DNA from: Deltaproteobacteria bacterium
GTDB taxonomy: Bacteria > Calditrichota > Calditrichia > RBG-13-44-9 > J075
Length of the DNA stretch: 43,891 nt
Direction of reading: 5' to 3'
Assembly: GCA_011526015.1 (NCBI GenBank)
Contig: WYBG01000418.1
Location: 1 to 43,891 of the forward strand
Each line of letters opens with the position of its first letter. The stretch's first letter is position 1. Shown here piece by piece: positions 24,717 through 33,717 of this stretch. The notes below the pieces were generated by a model. It saw only the letters and a program-made list of their open reading frames with translations, made no database searches and was not told the DNA's origin. The position numbers and the translations under genes are program-made.

Positions 24717-26938
24717 TAAAATCGGGCATATTTTTTCCGCAGTCTTTCCCCGATCAGGGAAGAGAGCGTATTCAGAACAAAGGTGAAAATAAACAATAAC
24801 AAGGCGGTCAGGAACAGCACCCGGTAGAGGGTTCCGCCGACCGGCGCTTCCGGGATTTCCACCGCGATGCAGGCGCTCATGGCCCGGAAACCGTTAAAAG
24901 GATTGAGATCGATGATGGGGGTGTTGCCGGTGGCCATTAACACGATCATGGTCTCGCCGACCGCCCGGCCCAGCCCTAACATAATCGCTGCAAAAATGCC
25001 CCCGGACGCGGCGGGAATCACCACCCGGCGCACGGTTTGCCAGCGCGAGGCCCCCAGCGCCAGCGAGGCCGAGGTCAACGATTTGGGCACATTGGAGAGG
25101 GCGTCTTCCGAAACCGTGAAGATAATCGGGATGACCGCAAACCCCAGGGCGAATCCCACCACAAAACTGTTCCGGGTTTCGTAGGTAACTCCCCAGGTGG
25201 TATAGAGCCACTGCTGGAAATTCCCCCCGAACAAGAAGTTTTCCACCGGGTGCCCCAGGCTTAGGGATGCTTGCAAAGCGATCAGGATGACCGGGATGAT
25301 AAAGAGAACTTCAAAGCCGGGACGGATTTTCATCCGGTAACTTTCCGGAACCGCGCGCCAGGCCGCCACCCCGGCCAGGAAAAAGAGCGGCAGAAAAATC
25401 AAAAGCACGAAGGTGCTCATCAGGTATTCTTCGAACAAGGTTGAAAAATACAATCCCGCCAGGAAACCGATTACCACGCTGGGCAACGCCGCCATAATCT
25501 CCACGGTCGGTTTCACGATCCGGGAGAGGCGGAACGGTGCAAACTGCGACACATAGATTGCCGCTAACAGGGCGATGGGAATCGAGAACAACAGGGCATA
25601 GAGGGTTCCCTTCAGGGTTCCGAAGATCAGGGGAATCAAGCTGAGCTTGGATTCGAATTCATCGCTGCCGCCGGTGGACTGCCAGACGAATTCCGGCCCC
25701 GGGTAACCTTCGTACCACACTTTGCCGAAGAGAGACTTCACCGTGCTTTCCGGATGAGGATTATCCAGCCGGAACAGGGTGAAGCGTTTTTGGGCGTCCA
25801 CGAACAGAAGACCGTCGGATTTGGGAGCGAAGGCGCCGGCGGCGATGGGAAAATCCGGGCGGGGAAATTGAACTTCTGTTTTCCCGGTGGTGGAATAGTG
25901 CAGTTGCGCGGCGCCTTCACCGTCAATAGTCAAGAAATCGCGGTTACGCGCGGAATGATAGATATGCGCCACGGCGGCGGAGTGGCTGCGGAAGCTGTGA
26001 ATCTGCCGGAATTTCATAAGATTGGACGGGGTGCGCACCGGGAACCACACCTCTACCGCCCCCGCCCCGGTTCCGATGGCCACGGCCTGGTCGCCCAACA
26101 GGTAGCTGAGGGCGGTTACCGGGCTGTTGGAAATGCTCCATTCATCCCGCAGAGCCACTTTTTCAAAATCTTTCAGGCCGAACCAGCGCATCACCCCGTC
26201 TGCGGCCGCCACCACCAGGTTTTCCCCGTGATTGCTGATGGTCAGGGCGGTCACGGAGGATTCCCCCGGGTATTGCGATAGCGGGTGGAGGTAATCCACT
26301 TCTTCATCGGCGTCGTAACTGCGCACCCATAACGCTCCCTGGTGATCGACCCAGGCATAAAACCGCGAGCCGTCTTCATTCCGGCTGAAGGCCAATTTTT
26401 CTACGTGATTCGGCAGGGTATCCCCGCCGGCGGGAATCTGCCACACTTCTTTTACCGAGAGCGAGGGGATAACCACCCGGCCCTCCCCGGAATAATCCAG
26501 CTGGAATCGCACTTCCGCGGTAATGATCCGCCCGGAATCGGTGCCGGCGGCAAACAGATCCGAAGCCAGGCTGCCCTTTGCGGCGCAGAGGATTTTTTCG
26601 TTCCCGGAAAGCGGCAATTGCGCTTGCGACACCGGTTCCGTTCCGGCGACTTTGTAAAATTGTATATATCCCGATTCGTCGAGAATATAGAATATCTCCT
26701 GGTAGGGATCGATGCCAACCACCAGCGCCTTTGCGGGGCCCCGGCTCGCCGGGAAGGTAAACAGCGTTTCGATGGCGGCGTTTTTTGCCAGGGGCAGGCT
26801 CTGGTAGGCCAGAAACAGCAGGATCGCAGCAATGCTGACAATGATGCCGTAGCCGCCGAAAGTAATCAAGCGCCGCGCCCAGCGGTCCGCCCGGATGACT
26901 TTTTGATAATGTTTTGGCTTCGTCTCTTTTTGTAACAT
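24716..26938 (-). CDS. pstC: Phosphate ABC transporter permease PstC, long form with about 400-aa N-terminal extracytoplasmic domain
   Basis: Permease core with SASLALGASRWQTVRRVVIP...GRAVGETMIV. One N-terminal TM, then a large beta-rich domain. ATG 26938 (GTG at 26941 is also possible). Confidence 0.9.
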   Translation of the reverse strand: MLQKETKPKHYQKVIRADRWARRLITFGGYGIIVSIAAILLFLAYQSLPLAKNAAIETLFTFPASRGPAKALVVGIDPYQEIFYILDESGYIQFYKVAGTEPVSQAQLPLSGNEKILCAAKGSLASDLFAAGTDSGRIITAEVRFQLDYSGEGRVVIPSLSVKEVWQIPAGGDTLPNHVEKLAFSRNEDGSRFYAWVDHQGALWVRSYDADEEVDYLHPLSQYPGESSVTALTISNHGENLVVAAADGVMRWFGLKDFEKVALRDEWSISNSPVTALSYLLGDQAVAIGTGAGAVEVWFPVRTPSNLMKFRQIHSFRSHSAAVAHIYHSARNRDFLTIDGEGAAQLHYSTTGKTEVQFPRPDFPIAAGAFAPKSDGLLFVDAQKRFTLFRLDNPHPESTVKSLFGKVWYEGYPGPEFVWQSTGGSDEFESKLSLIPLIFGTLKGTLYALLFSIPIALLAAIYVSQFAPFRLSRIVKPTVEIMAALPSVVIGFLAGLYFSTLFEEYLMSTFVLLIFLPLFFLAGVAAWRAVPESYRMKIRPGFEVLFIIPVILIALQASLSLGHPVENFLFGGNFQQWLYTTWGVTYETRNSFVVGFALGFAVIPIIFTVSEDALSNVPKSLTSASLALGASRWQTVRRVVIPAASGGIFAAIMLGLGRAVGETMIVLMATGNTPIIDLNPFNGFRAMSACIAVEIPEAPVGGTLYRVLFLTALLLFIFTFVLNTLSSLIGERLRKKYARF

Positions 26939-26985
26939 CACATAATTCTTTTTTGAAAATGGAAATACCGGAACGCCGGAATGTT

Positions 26986-27049
26986 AGATTGATGGATTGA
27001 TGGATGGTTAAATTGCTATCCAACCATTTAACCATCCATCCATCAATCC
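26986..27049. repeat. GATTGATG/CATCCATC word hairpin between pstS and pstC
   Basis: Perfect 15-bp stem GATGGATGGTTAAAT (26999-27013) / ATTTAACCATCCATC (27026-27040) with a 12-nt loop. The arms extend with a bulge to 26986 and 27049. Confidence 0.9.
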
Positions 27050-27064
27050 ACTACTCCATTTTTA

Positions 27065-28048
27065 TTAGTCCAACTGCTTCAATTCTTCCATCACGATTTC
27101 GTACGGCAGCGGCAGGTAGCCGTCTTTCACCACCACTTCCTGGCCTTCGTAGCTGAAAACGAACTTCAGGAATTCTTTGACCAGGGGATCCAGCGGTTTG
27201 CCGGGCGCCTTCACGATATAGACGTAGAGGTAGCGGGAGAGCAGGTATTTCTCGCTGGTTACATTTTGGTAACTCCCGTCGAAGCATTCCCCGCCCTTTT
27301 TCTCCGACAGCGCCAGGGCCTTCACGCCGGAGGTCTGGTAGCCGATCCCGCTGTAGCCGATGGCAAACTTGTCTTCCGTTACCCCTTGCACCACCGAGGC
27401 GGAGCCGGGCTGCTCTTTCACGCTGTCTTTGTAATCGCCCTTGTCCAGCGCGTGATCTTTGAAAAATCCGTAAGTGCCGCTGGCGGAGTTACGGCCATAG
27501 ATGCGCATGGGTTGATTTTGCCATTCACCTTTCAGCCCCAAATCGCCCCAGGTAACGATGTCCGTGGCGAACCCTCTTTTACGGGTCTTGGAGAAAATTG
27601 CGTCCACTTCTTCCATGGAGAGGCACTGCAGGGGATTGTCTTTGTGCACAAACACCGCCAGCGCGTCTAAGGAAGACCGGAGAGCAGTGGGTTTAAACCC
27701 ATATTTTTGCTCGATGGCGTCGATTTCCTTGGACTTCATGGCTCGCGACATGGGCCCGAACTGCGCAGTACCTTCGATGAGCGCCGGGGGCGCGGTGGAG
27801 GACCCTTTGCCCTCAATCTGGATATTCACCAGGGGATAATGCTTGCGAAATCCTTCCAGCCAGAGGGCCATCAGGTTGTTCATGGTGTCGGAGCCGATGC
27901 TGTTGGCGTTCCCGCTAATGCTGGTTGCCTTTTTATAACGGGGAATCCGTTCATCCACCTTAACGTTCTGCGCCATTACCGCCTGGGCGAAAAATCCCAG
28001 AACGATCCAGATAAACAGCATTTTTTTACCGAATGCTACATTCTTCAT
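27065..28048 (-). CDS. pstS: Phosphate ABC transporter substrate-binding protein PstS
   Basis: PBP fold with GSDTMNNL, GKGSSTAPPALIEG and SASGTYGFF. Start at ATG 28048 (AAGGAG 5 nt upstream) gives the signal peptide MKNVAFGKKMLFIWIVLGFFAQAVMA. Confidence 0.9.
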   Translation of the reverse strand: MKNVAFGKKMLFIWIVLGFFAQAVMAQNVKVDERIPRYKKATSISGNANSIGSDTMNNLMALWLEGFRKHYPLVNIQIEGKGSSTAPPALIEGTAQFGPMSRAMKSKEIDAIEQKYGFKPTALRSSLDALAVFVHKDNPLQCLSMEEVDAIFSKTRKRGFATDIVTWGDLGLKGEWQNQPMRIYGRNSASGTYGFFKDHALDKGDYKDSVKEQPGSASVVQGVTEDKFAIGYSGIGYQTSGVKALALSEKKGGECFDGSYQNVTSEKYLLSRYLYVYIVKAPGKPLDPLVKEFLKFVFSYEGQEVVVKDGYLPLPYEIVMEELKQLD

Positions 28049-28181
28049 ACAATCTCCTTTTAATCGTGTAACATCAGGGTTCATTCCCTGAATTAAAAAG
28101 CAGAACTTAATTCCTCAATGTTACAGATCCGTTTCAATTCGGTTAATAGCCTTGTTAATCTTTGGAATCCTGACCTCTTCT

Positions 28182-28216
28182 CCTTCAATCATCAATCTTC
28201 AATTTTCAATTTCTCA
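28182..28216. repeat. Five-unit TCNTCAA heptamer array between porin and pstS
   Basis: ccttcaa tcatcaa tcttcaa ttttcaa tttctca. The last unit contains the porin stop codon. The related word CCTTCAATC recurs at 39595-39652. Confidence 0.75.
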
Positions 28217-29377
28217 CAGGTTCACGGTAATCTGCGAGCGCACCCGCAAAATATTGTCCGTGTTTTCATTGCTTGGCTCCACATATTCCCCGTTTATCTG
28301 TAAGCGGGTTTTTTTACCAAAATAAAAGGCCGGGCCCAGCCGTACTGTCAGCCGATCTGCAAAAATCTCGAAATCTGTATCGAGGTAGCTAACCCCGGCG
28401 GCGAATTCAAGGCCATCAAGCCCGCCCAGGCTTGTGCTGGCGCTTTTTAATTTGGTTTTCCAACGCCCGGTGATGTCAAATCCCGTAAAATCTACATCAT
28501 CTTTGGTATTCAAATAATTTTGGGTAATGGTGCCAAAGGCAACCCCGGCTTCAACGTCCACTCCCATGGGGAGATAGATACCCAGGTCCGGCGCAATAAC
28601 GCTATTTTGGCCCCGGGTATTCTTGACCCCGGTTTTATTGCCCAGGCTATCGAAAACGGCGATTTCGTTGCCGATGTAATTAACCGCTGCGGAGATGCCG
28701 AGCTGAAGTTGCTTGCCGGGATTGAAATCGATCCGCCCGGCCAGCATCTTTCCATTGTTGACATTGTTTACTCTTACTCCGTTTACGGTAAGAGTGGATT
28801 CCTTCCGCCTGGCCAACTCATGAATACCCTCGCCGGCGCCATTATTATAGTTGATGGCAAAGGAAAGCTGTTTGGTCACATTACCGCCGAATTCCGCGCC
28901 CACCTGGCGGGCGGAGAGAAGCATCAGCACTAAAAAGTCTGCCACGGGGCTGCGTTCCACTAACAGCAATTCCCCGGAAGAGCGGATAAATTCCTCCCGC
29001 CACACCGGAACTTTGAATTGCCCGCCCCGGAGATTGTAATTCTCAAACAATTTGATTTTACCGAACGCGTCTTTTAAGACCGGGCTGTTATCCCTCACAT
29101 CGAATTCTACCCGGGCAGAGACAAACGAGGTGAGCTTCGCGTCGGTGCGCAGCCGTACCCGCCGCATCCGGAATCCGTAATTGGTGACTGTTCCATCGGA
29201 CTCGAACTGGTCGGTGTACAAATGCTGAAGTTGCACCCGCCCCGTAATAGAGATACTTTCCGAATTTGCCGCTTTCACCTCCTGCTTCGGCTCTTTTTTC
29301 TCCTCCTGGGCCAATCCGGATTGGCCTACCATCAGCAAAACCGCCGCTGCCGCCGCCGTTAACATTCTCCGTTTCAT
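28214..29377 (-). CDS. Phosphate-selective porin O/P family outer-membrane protein
   Basis: Signal peptide MKRRMLTAAAAAVLLMVGQSGLA, alternating beta-strand pattern, C-terminal aromatic-rich strand. First gene of the pst operon. GGAGGA RBS. Confidence 0.75.
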   Translation of the reverse strand: MKRRMLTAAAAAVLLMVGQSGLAQEEKKEPKQEVKAANSESISITGRVQLQHLYTDQFESDGTVTNYGFRMRRVRLRTDAKLTSFVSARVEFDVRDNSPVLKDAFGKIKLFENYNLRGGQFKVPVWREEFIRSSGELLLVERSPVADFLVLMLLSARQVGAEFGGNVTKQLSFAINYNNGAGEGIHELARRKESTLTVNGVRVNNVNNGKMLAGRIDFNPGKQLQLGISAAVNYIGNEIAVFDSLGNKTGVKNTRGQNSVIAPDLGIYLPMGVDVEAGVAFGTITQNYLNTKDDVDFTGFDITGRWKTKLKSASTSLGGLDGLEFAAGVSYLDTDFEIFADRLTVRLGPAFYFGKKTRLQINGEYVEPSNENTDNILRVRSQITVNL

Positions 29378-29403
29378 AAGTTTCCTCCAATGACTGTTGT
29401 GAT

Positions 29404-29431
29404 GGTGAATTAATCGGTGAATCTTTTCACC
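29404..29431 (-). promoter_or_regulatory. Direct/inverted GGTGAAT repeats upstream of the porin-pst operon (candidate regulator site)
   Basis: GGTGAAT (29404-10) n5 GGTGAAT (29416-22), and GGTGAA tctt TTCACC (29416-31). TGTTACA also occurs twice, 31 nt apart (29436-42, 29467-73). Confidence 0.3.
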
Positions 29432-29532
29432 CTTTTGTTACAGGGGTTGCCAGTTTACCGAGGAAGTGTTACAATTCAATTGCAGGATCGTGTCATTTTT
29501 GTTTTAATCATAAATAACCCTTGAGAATTGCG

Positions 29533-31338
29533 ATGAATCGCTATAAAATTAGCCTAAAAAGGGTGAGCGACCCCGGAATCATGATGCGCCTTTTTCGCAA
29601 TGCGAGTAAAGCTTTTTCCCGTTCCCGTTCCCGCCCCCGCCCCATGGGAGGGCGCGGACGCGCTCTCTTGCTGGCGCTGGCGGTTTTGAGCGTACCATCT
29701 TTTCCCCATCCTCAAAATGATCCTTCCGGAAGCGGCGGGGCGAGCATCATCACTGCCGATTCCATCGAACAACATACCAGGGCCCTGGGGCACGATTCTT
29801 TGCAAGGGCGCGCCACCGGTTCCCCGGGAGAGCGAAAAGCGGCGGAGTACCTGGCCAGGCGCCTGTCTTTTCCGGGGCTAAAGCCCCTGGGCGACCAACA
29901 CTCCTACTTCCAGGCGATTCCCATGCACGGCAGCATTCCCACCGCGGAGTGCGAGTTGCGCCTGTTCTCCCGCCAGGCGATTTCCCGCGATGCAGTTTCC
30001 CGCGTTACCGTCTATGATTTCAAATTGGGTGAGGAATACCTGCTTTACCGCACCGGGGCGCAAACTTTCATCCCCAACCCGGTTCCGCTGGTGTTCGTGG
30101 GGTATGGCATTATTGCGCCGGAATTTGATTATAACGATTACCAGTCTCTAGACGTGGAAGGGAAAATCGTGGTTTTCCTATCCGGGGAGCCCGGCTCCGC
30201 GAATCCGGAATATTTTGGCGGCGGCGACCCCACGATTTACGCCTCCCCGGAAGCCAAGCAGCGCCTGGCGGTATCGCGGGGGGCCCTGGGAAGCATCCTG
30301 ATTCCGGCGCCGGAGGAGCAGCGCGGGGGATATTGGGCGCGAATGCAGAAGGAATTTTCTTTCGAGGACGTGCAACTGGCTTACGGGACCGCGGGAAACC
30401 TGAGCGTGTTGATCAAGCCTGACGCTGCACGAAAACTTTTCCAAGATGCGCCCCACTCGCTGGACGAAGTATGGGAAATGCACCGCCGGCAACGGATACA
30501 CAGTTTTGCCCTGGAGGCGGCGCTTTCTTTCAAGGGAGAGTTTATCCAGCGTGAGTTTATCGCTTATAATGTTCTGGCCGGCCTGGAGGGGCGCGACCCG
30601 CAACTGAAAGATTCTTACCTGATCCTTACCGCCCATTATGACCACTTAGGCATCGGGCCGGCGGTAGATGGGGATTCTATCTACAACGGGGTATTCGATA
30701 ACGCCGCAGGGGTTGCCGCGCTGCTGGAGATCGCCCGCGCCTTTGCCGCCCTGCCGCAGCCCCCCGAACGCTCGCTGATCTTTTTATTCGTGACCGGGGA
30801 AGAAAAGGGATTGTTAGGTTCCCGGTATTACTTAGATCACCCGGCAGTTCCGTTATATAAAACCGTCGCTAATTTGAATATTGACGGGCTGGCAATGTTC
30901 GAGAACTTCAGCAGCGTGATCGGCATTGGGGCGGAGCTCTCCACCCTGGGCAAAACCCTGGCGCGGGCGGCCGGGCAAACCGGGCTGCGGATTTCAGAGC
31001 TTCCCCCGGAATTTGCCACCACGGAATCCTTCGCCCGCTCCGACCAGGTGGCGTTTGCCGGGGCAGGTATCCCCTCCATCCTGGTAATGGACGGCATCGA
31101 CTACCCCGGCGCTTCCCGGGAAGAGGGGCTGAAACGCCTGATCTTCTGGAACGACACCGTTTATCACACTCCTTTTGATGATCTCCGCCAACCGATGAAT
31201 TTTGCAGCCGCGGAACAACACGCCCGCTTTTTATTTGAATTTATCCATACCCTGGCGGAAGATGATTCGGAGCCGGAGTGGCATCCCGATGCGCCGTACC
31301 GGCATATCCGGCTGCGCAACCGGGCGGAAAAACGTTAA
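29533..31338 (+). CDS. M28-family aminopeptidase with PA domain
   Basis: Zinc-ligand contexts HYDHLG, DNAAGVAALLEIAR, FVTGEEKGLLGSRYY and YHTPFDD. The start is uncertain (TTG 29521, ATG 29533, 29581 or 29644). A signal-like segment GRALLLALAVLSVPS is present. Confidence 0.8.
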   Translation: MNRYKISLKRVSDPGIMMRLFRNASKAFSRSRSRPRPMGGRGRALLLALAVLSVPSFPHPQNDPSGSGGASIITADSIEQHTRALGHDSLQGRATGSPGERKAAEYLARRLSFPGLKPLGDQHSYFQAIPMHGSIPTAECELRLFSRQAISRDAVSRVTVYDFKLGEEYLLYRTGAQTFIPNPVPLVFVGYGIIAPEFDYNDYQSLDVEGKIVVFLSGEPGSANPEYFGGGDPTIYASPEAKQRLAVSRGALGSILIPAPEEQRGGYWARMQKEFSFEDVQLAYGTAGNLSVLIKPDAARKLFQDAPHSLDEVWEMHRRQRIHSFALEAALSFKGEFIQREFIAYNVLAGLEGRDPQLKDSYLILTAHYDHLGIGPAVDGDSIYNGVFDNAAGVAALLEIARAFAALPQPPERSLIFLFVTGEEKGLLGSRYYLDHPAVPLYKTVANLNIDGLAMFENFSSVIGIGAELSTLGKTLARAAGQTGLRISELPPEFATTESFARSDQVAFAGAGIPSILVMDGIDYPGASREEGLKRLIFWNDTVYHTPFDDLRQPMNFAAAEQHARFLFEFIHTLAEDDSEPEWHPDAPYRHIRLRNRAEKR

Positions 31339-31364
31339 AAGAGTGTTAAGGTGTTCAGGTTGTC

Positions 31365-31474
31365 CTATCACCTGACATTTGAGAATGGTCAATGATGTGA
31401 ATCGGAGAGTGGGAGAAACGGAGAATGGGAGATGCAAGTCTCCGTTTCTCCCGCTCCCCCATTCTCCGTTTCTC
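31365..31474 (+). repeat. 110-nt element, copy 1 (5' of the second pstS), with two mutually exclusive strong hairpins
   Basis: About 90% identical to 32355-32464. Fold A pairs 31407-31424 with 31439-31456 (18 bp, one G-U). Fold B pairs 31413-31429 with 31458-31474 (17 bp, perfect). Confidence 0.9.
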
Positions 31475-31495
31475 TTTGCGTAGCAGAGAATGTGA

Positions 31496-32341
31496 ATGAA
31501 CCGAGGTTTCTGGAAAACTTATTTGCTGTTTTTGCTTTCGCTGTTCATCCTTTGTGGCTGCGCCGGTTTGCGGTCGAAGGCCCCGGCAACCGTCAGGGTG
31601 AAGGGGTCCGATACCATGCTGCTGTTGAACCGGATGTGGGCGGGAGAATTTATGAAAACGCACCCGGGAATTTCGATTCAGGTGGAGGGCGGGGGAACCG
31701 CCACCGGCGTGCAGGCTTTAATCGAAAGCAAGGCGGATATTTGTGCGGCGTCCCGCCCGCTCCATCCCGAAGAAGCCGGCGCCCTGGCCCAACGCCACCG
31801 CACCATTGGGTTCTCATTCCTGGTCGCCAAAGACGCCCTGAGCATTTTTCTACACCCCCAAAACCCCGTAAAAGACCTTACCCTGAAGCAAGTTAAAGAG
31901 ATATTTACCGGAAAGATAACCAACTGGGCGGAAGTGGGGGGATTGGACCAGGAGATTCTGGCGCTCATCCGATCGCACGATTCCGGAACCTATCTCTATT
32001 TTAAGGAGCACATGCTGGAAGGCGAGTCCTATGCCGCTTCCGCGCACACTGTGCCGACCACGGCAGATATCGCCGCGATCATCGCTCGCACCCCGAACGC
32101 GATCGGCTATGGCGGCATTGCCTATGGCGCCAATGTAACACTGGCAAGGATCAACGGAATCCCCGCCACCGCGGAAACGATCCGCTATAACCTCTATCCC
32201 TACACCCGCTATTTATATCTTTATACCGTCAATAAACCGGCCGGGGCGGTGAAAGAATATGTCGATTGGATATTAAGCCCGGAAGGGCAGCAGGTGGTGC
32301 AGAGCGCGGGTTACCTGCCCCTGTGGGAGACGTTCGAATAG
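31496..32341 (+). CDS. Second PstS-family phosphate-binding lipoprotein
   Basis: Lipobox ILCGC. VRVKGSDTML, VEGGGTATGVQALIESKADICAASRP and SGTYLYF match the PstS/PBP-like-2 fold. Confidence 0.85.
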   Translation: MNRGFWKTYLLFLLSLFILCGCAGLRSKAPATVRVKGSDTMLLLNRMWAGEFMKTHPGISIQVEGGGTATGVQALIESKADICAASRPLHPEEAGALAQRHRTIGFSFLVAKDALSIFLHPQNPVKDLTLKQVKEIFTGKITNWAEVGGLDQEILALIRSHDSGTYLYFKEHMLEGESYAASAHTVPTTADIAAIIARTPNAIGYGGIAYGANVTLARINGIPATAETIRYNLYPYTRYLYLYTVNKPAGAVKEYVDWILSPEGQQVVQSAGYLPLWETFE

Positions 32342-32354
32342 CATAAGCCGTGTG

Positions 32355-32464
32355 CTATCACCTGACAGTTGACAATTGTCAATGCTGTGAACCGGAGAGT
32401 GGGAGAAACGGAGAATGGGAGATGCAAGTCTCCGTTTCTCCGCCTCCCCCGCTCTCCGTTTCAC
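32355..32464 (+). repeat. 110-nt element, copy 2 (3' of the second pstS)
   Basis: Same order and orientation as copy 1. 13-bp stem 32402-32414 / 32429-32441. Contains a perfect 14-bp palindrome TTGACAATTGTCAA (32369-32382) that is degenerate in copy 1. Confidence 0.9.
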
Positions 32465-32485
32465 CTTTTCAAATTACGCGGCTGC

Positions 32486-33685
32486 CTACTGCTTGATAGC
32501 CGCCTGCAATCCCATGACCGCCATAAACCACCAGAAAATATTATTTTCCAGATCGGTGTAATAACACTGGAAGAATCCTGCAATCAAAATACCGGCAACC
32601 GCTAAAATACTGCCGAGTACAAGAGCTTTATCCGCAGCCGCGGAAATCCGCCGATAGGCGCGAAACGCGATGTAAAACCAGGCGCTCCATACCGCCAGCC
32701 AGGCCAGCAGCCCCAAAAGCCCGCTGCCGACCGCCATATTCAGGGCATCATTATGGGCGTGGGTGGCGGTGTCATAAAACCCGGGCACTTTATACAGCGG
32801 AAACATTGTAGTGAACATTCCGGGGCCGATTCCCCAAACCGGGTGGCCGGCGATCATCGCCGCGGAGGTTTTCCACAAATTCAGCCGGGTCTCGTTCTGG
32901 GCAAGGTCGAAAATGCTCAAAAACCGCTCCTGGAAGACCGGCGCAGCCAGCGCCAGCACAACGGCGATGACAATGAGCGCCGCGCCGGCAATGGCAAAAA
33001 GCCGCCGGTTGACCAGCCAGGTTCCCAATCCTAACACCAAAACCGCTGCAATCCAGGTGCTGCGGCCAAAGGTGGCAATCACGCTGGCGAAAATCAGCCC
33101 TGCGGCCAGCAGGTACAGCGCCCGCCGCCTCGGTTCCTTCTCGAAGAGCAACAGGGCGAAGGCCAGGCAAAAAGCCATCAACTGATTGCCCGCAAAGGTG
33201 AGGTAGAAATTATACCCCCCGTTGGCGCGGTAAAAATCCCCGTGAGGGGTCAAAGTCGTGCCGCGAAAGATATCTATCCCCCCAAAAAACTGAAAAAGCG
33301 CATAGATCGACACTGCGGAAGCGGAAAAAAGCAGCGCCTGCGCCACCCTGCGCCGCCCCTCTACCGAGAGCGCCAGCATGGCCAGCAGCGGGATGGCAAA
33401 GGCCGGCCAGTCGGTATTCAAAAACGCTTGCAGGGAAGGCCCCGGCGCGGCGCTGAACAGGGCGCTGAGGGCCTGGAGAAGCAGGTATATTGCCAATATG
33501 ATAAAGAAGGGATGCCGGTAATCGCGCAGCCGGCGCCGCCGGATTGCTGCAAACGCGCCGTAAGCCGCCAGCAGCCCCAGGGCGATTTGCATCGCCGCCA
33601 GGGACCAGGGAAGCGCCAGCGCCCAGAGGGAAAACAGGAAGATCGCGATGCGATCCGTTGGTTCCTCGTTCAAATATTTTTCCAT
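32486..33685 (-). CDS. O-antigen ligase (Wzy_C) family membrane protein
   Basis: About 10-12 TM helices, with the loop GRSTWIAAVL...THAHNDALN typical of O-antigen ligase-like proteins. Confidence 0.75.
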   Translation of the reverse strand: MEKYLNEEPTDRIAIFLFSLWALALPWSLAAMQIALGLLAAYGAFAAIRRRRLRDYRHPFFIILAIYLLLQALSALFSAAPGPSLQAFLNTDWPAFAIPLLAMLALSVEGRRRVAQALLFSASAVSIYALFQFFGGIDIFRGTTLTPHGDFYRANGGYNFYLTFAGNQLMAFCLAFALLLFEKEPRRRALYLLAAGLIFASVIATFGRSTWIAAVLVLGLGTWLVNRRLFAIAGAALIVIAVVLALAAPVFQERFLSIFDLAQNETRLNLWKTSAAMIAGHPVWGIGPGMFTTMFPLYKVPGFYDTATHAHNDALNMAVGSGLLGLLAWLAVWSAWFYIAFRAYRRISAAADKALVLGSILAVAGILIAGFFQCYYTDLENNIFWWFMAVMGLQAAIKQ

Positions 33686-33717
33686 AGTCGAAGAAATGGC
33701 TGTAGCGCCATCACGGC

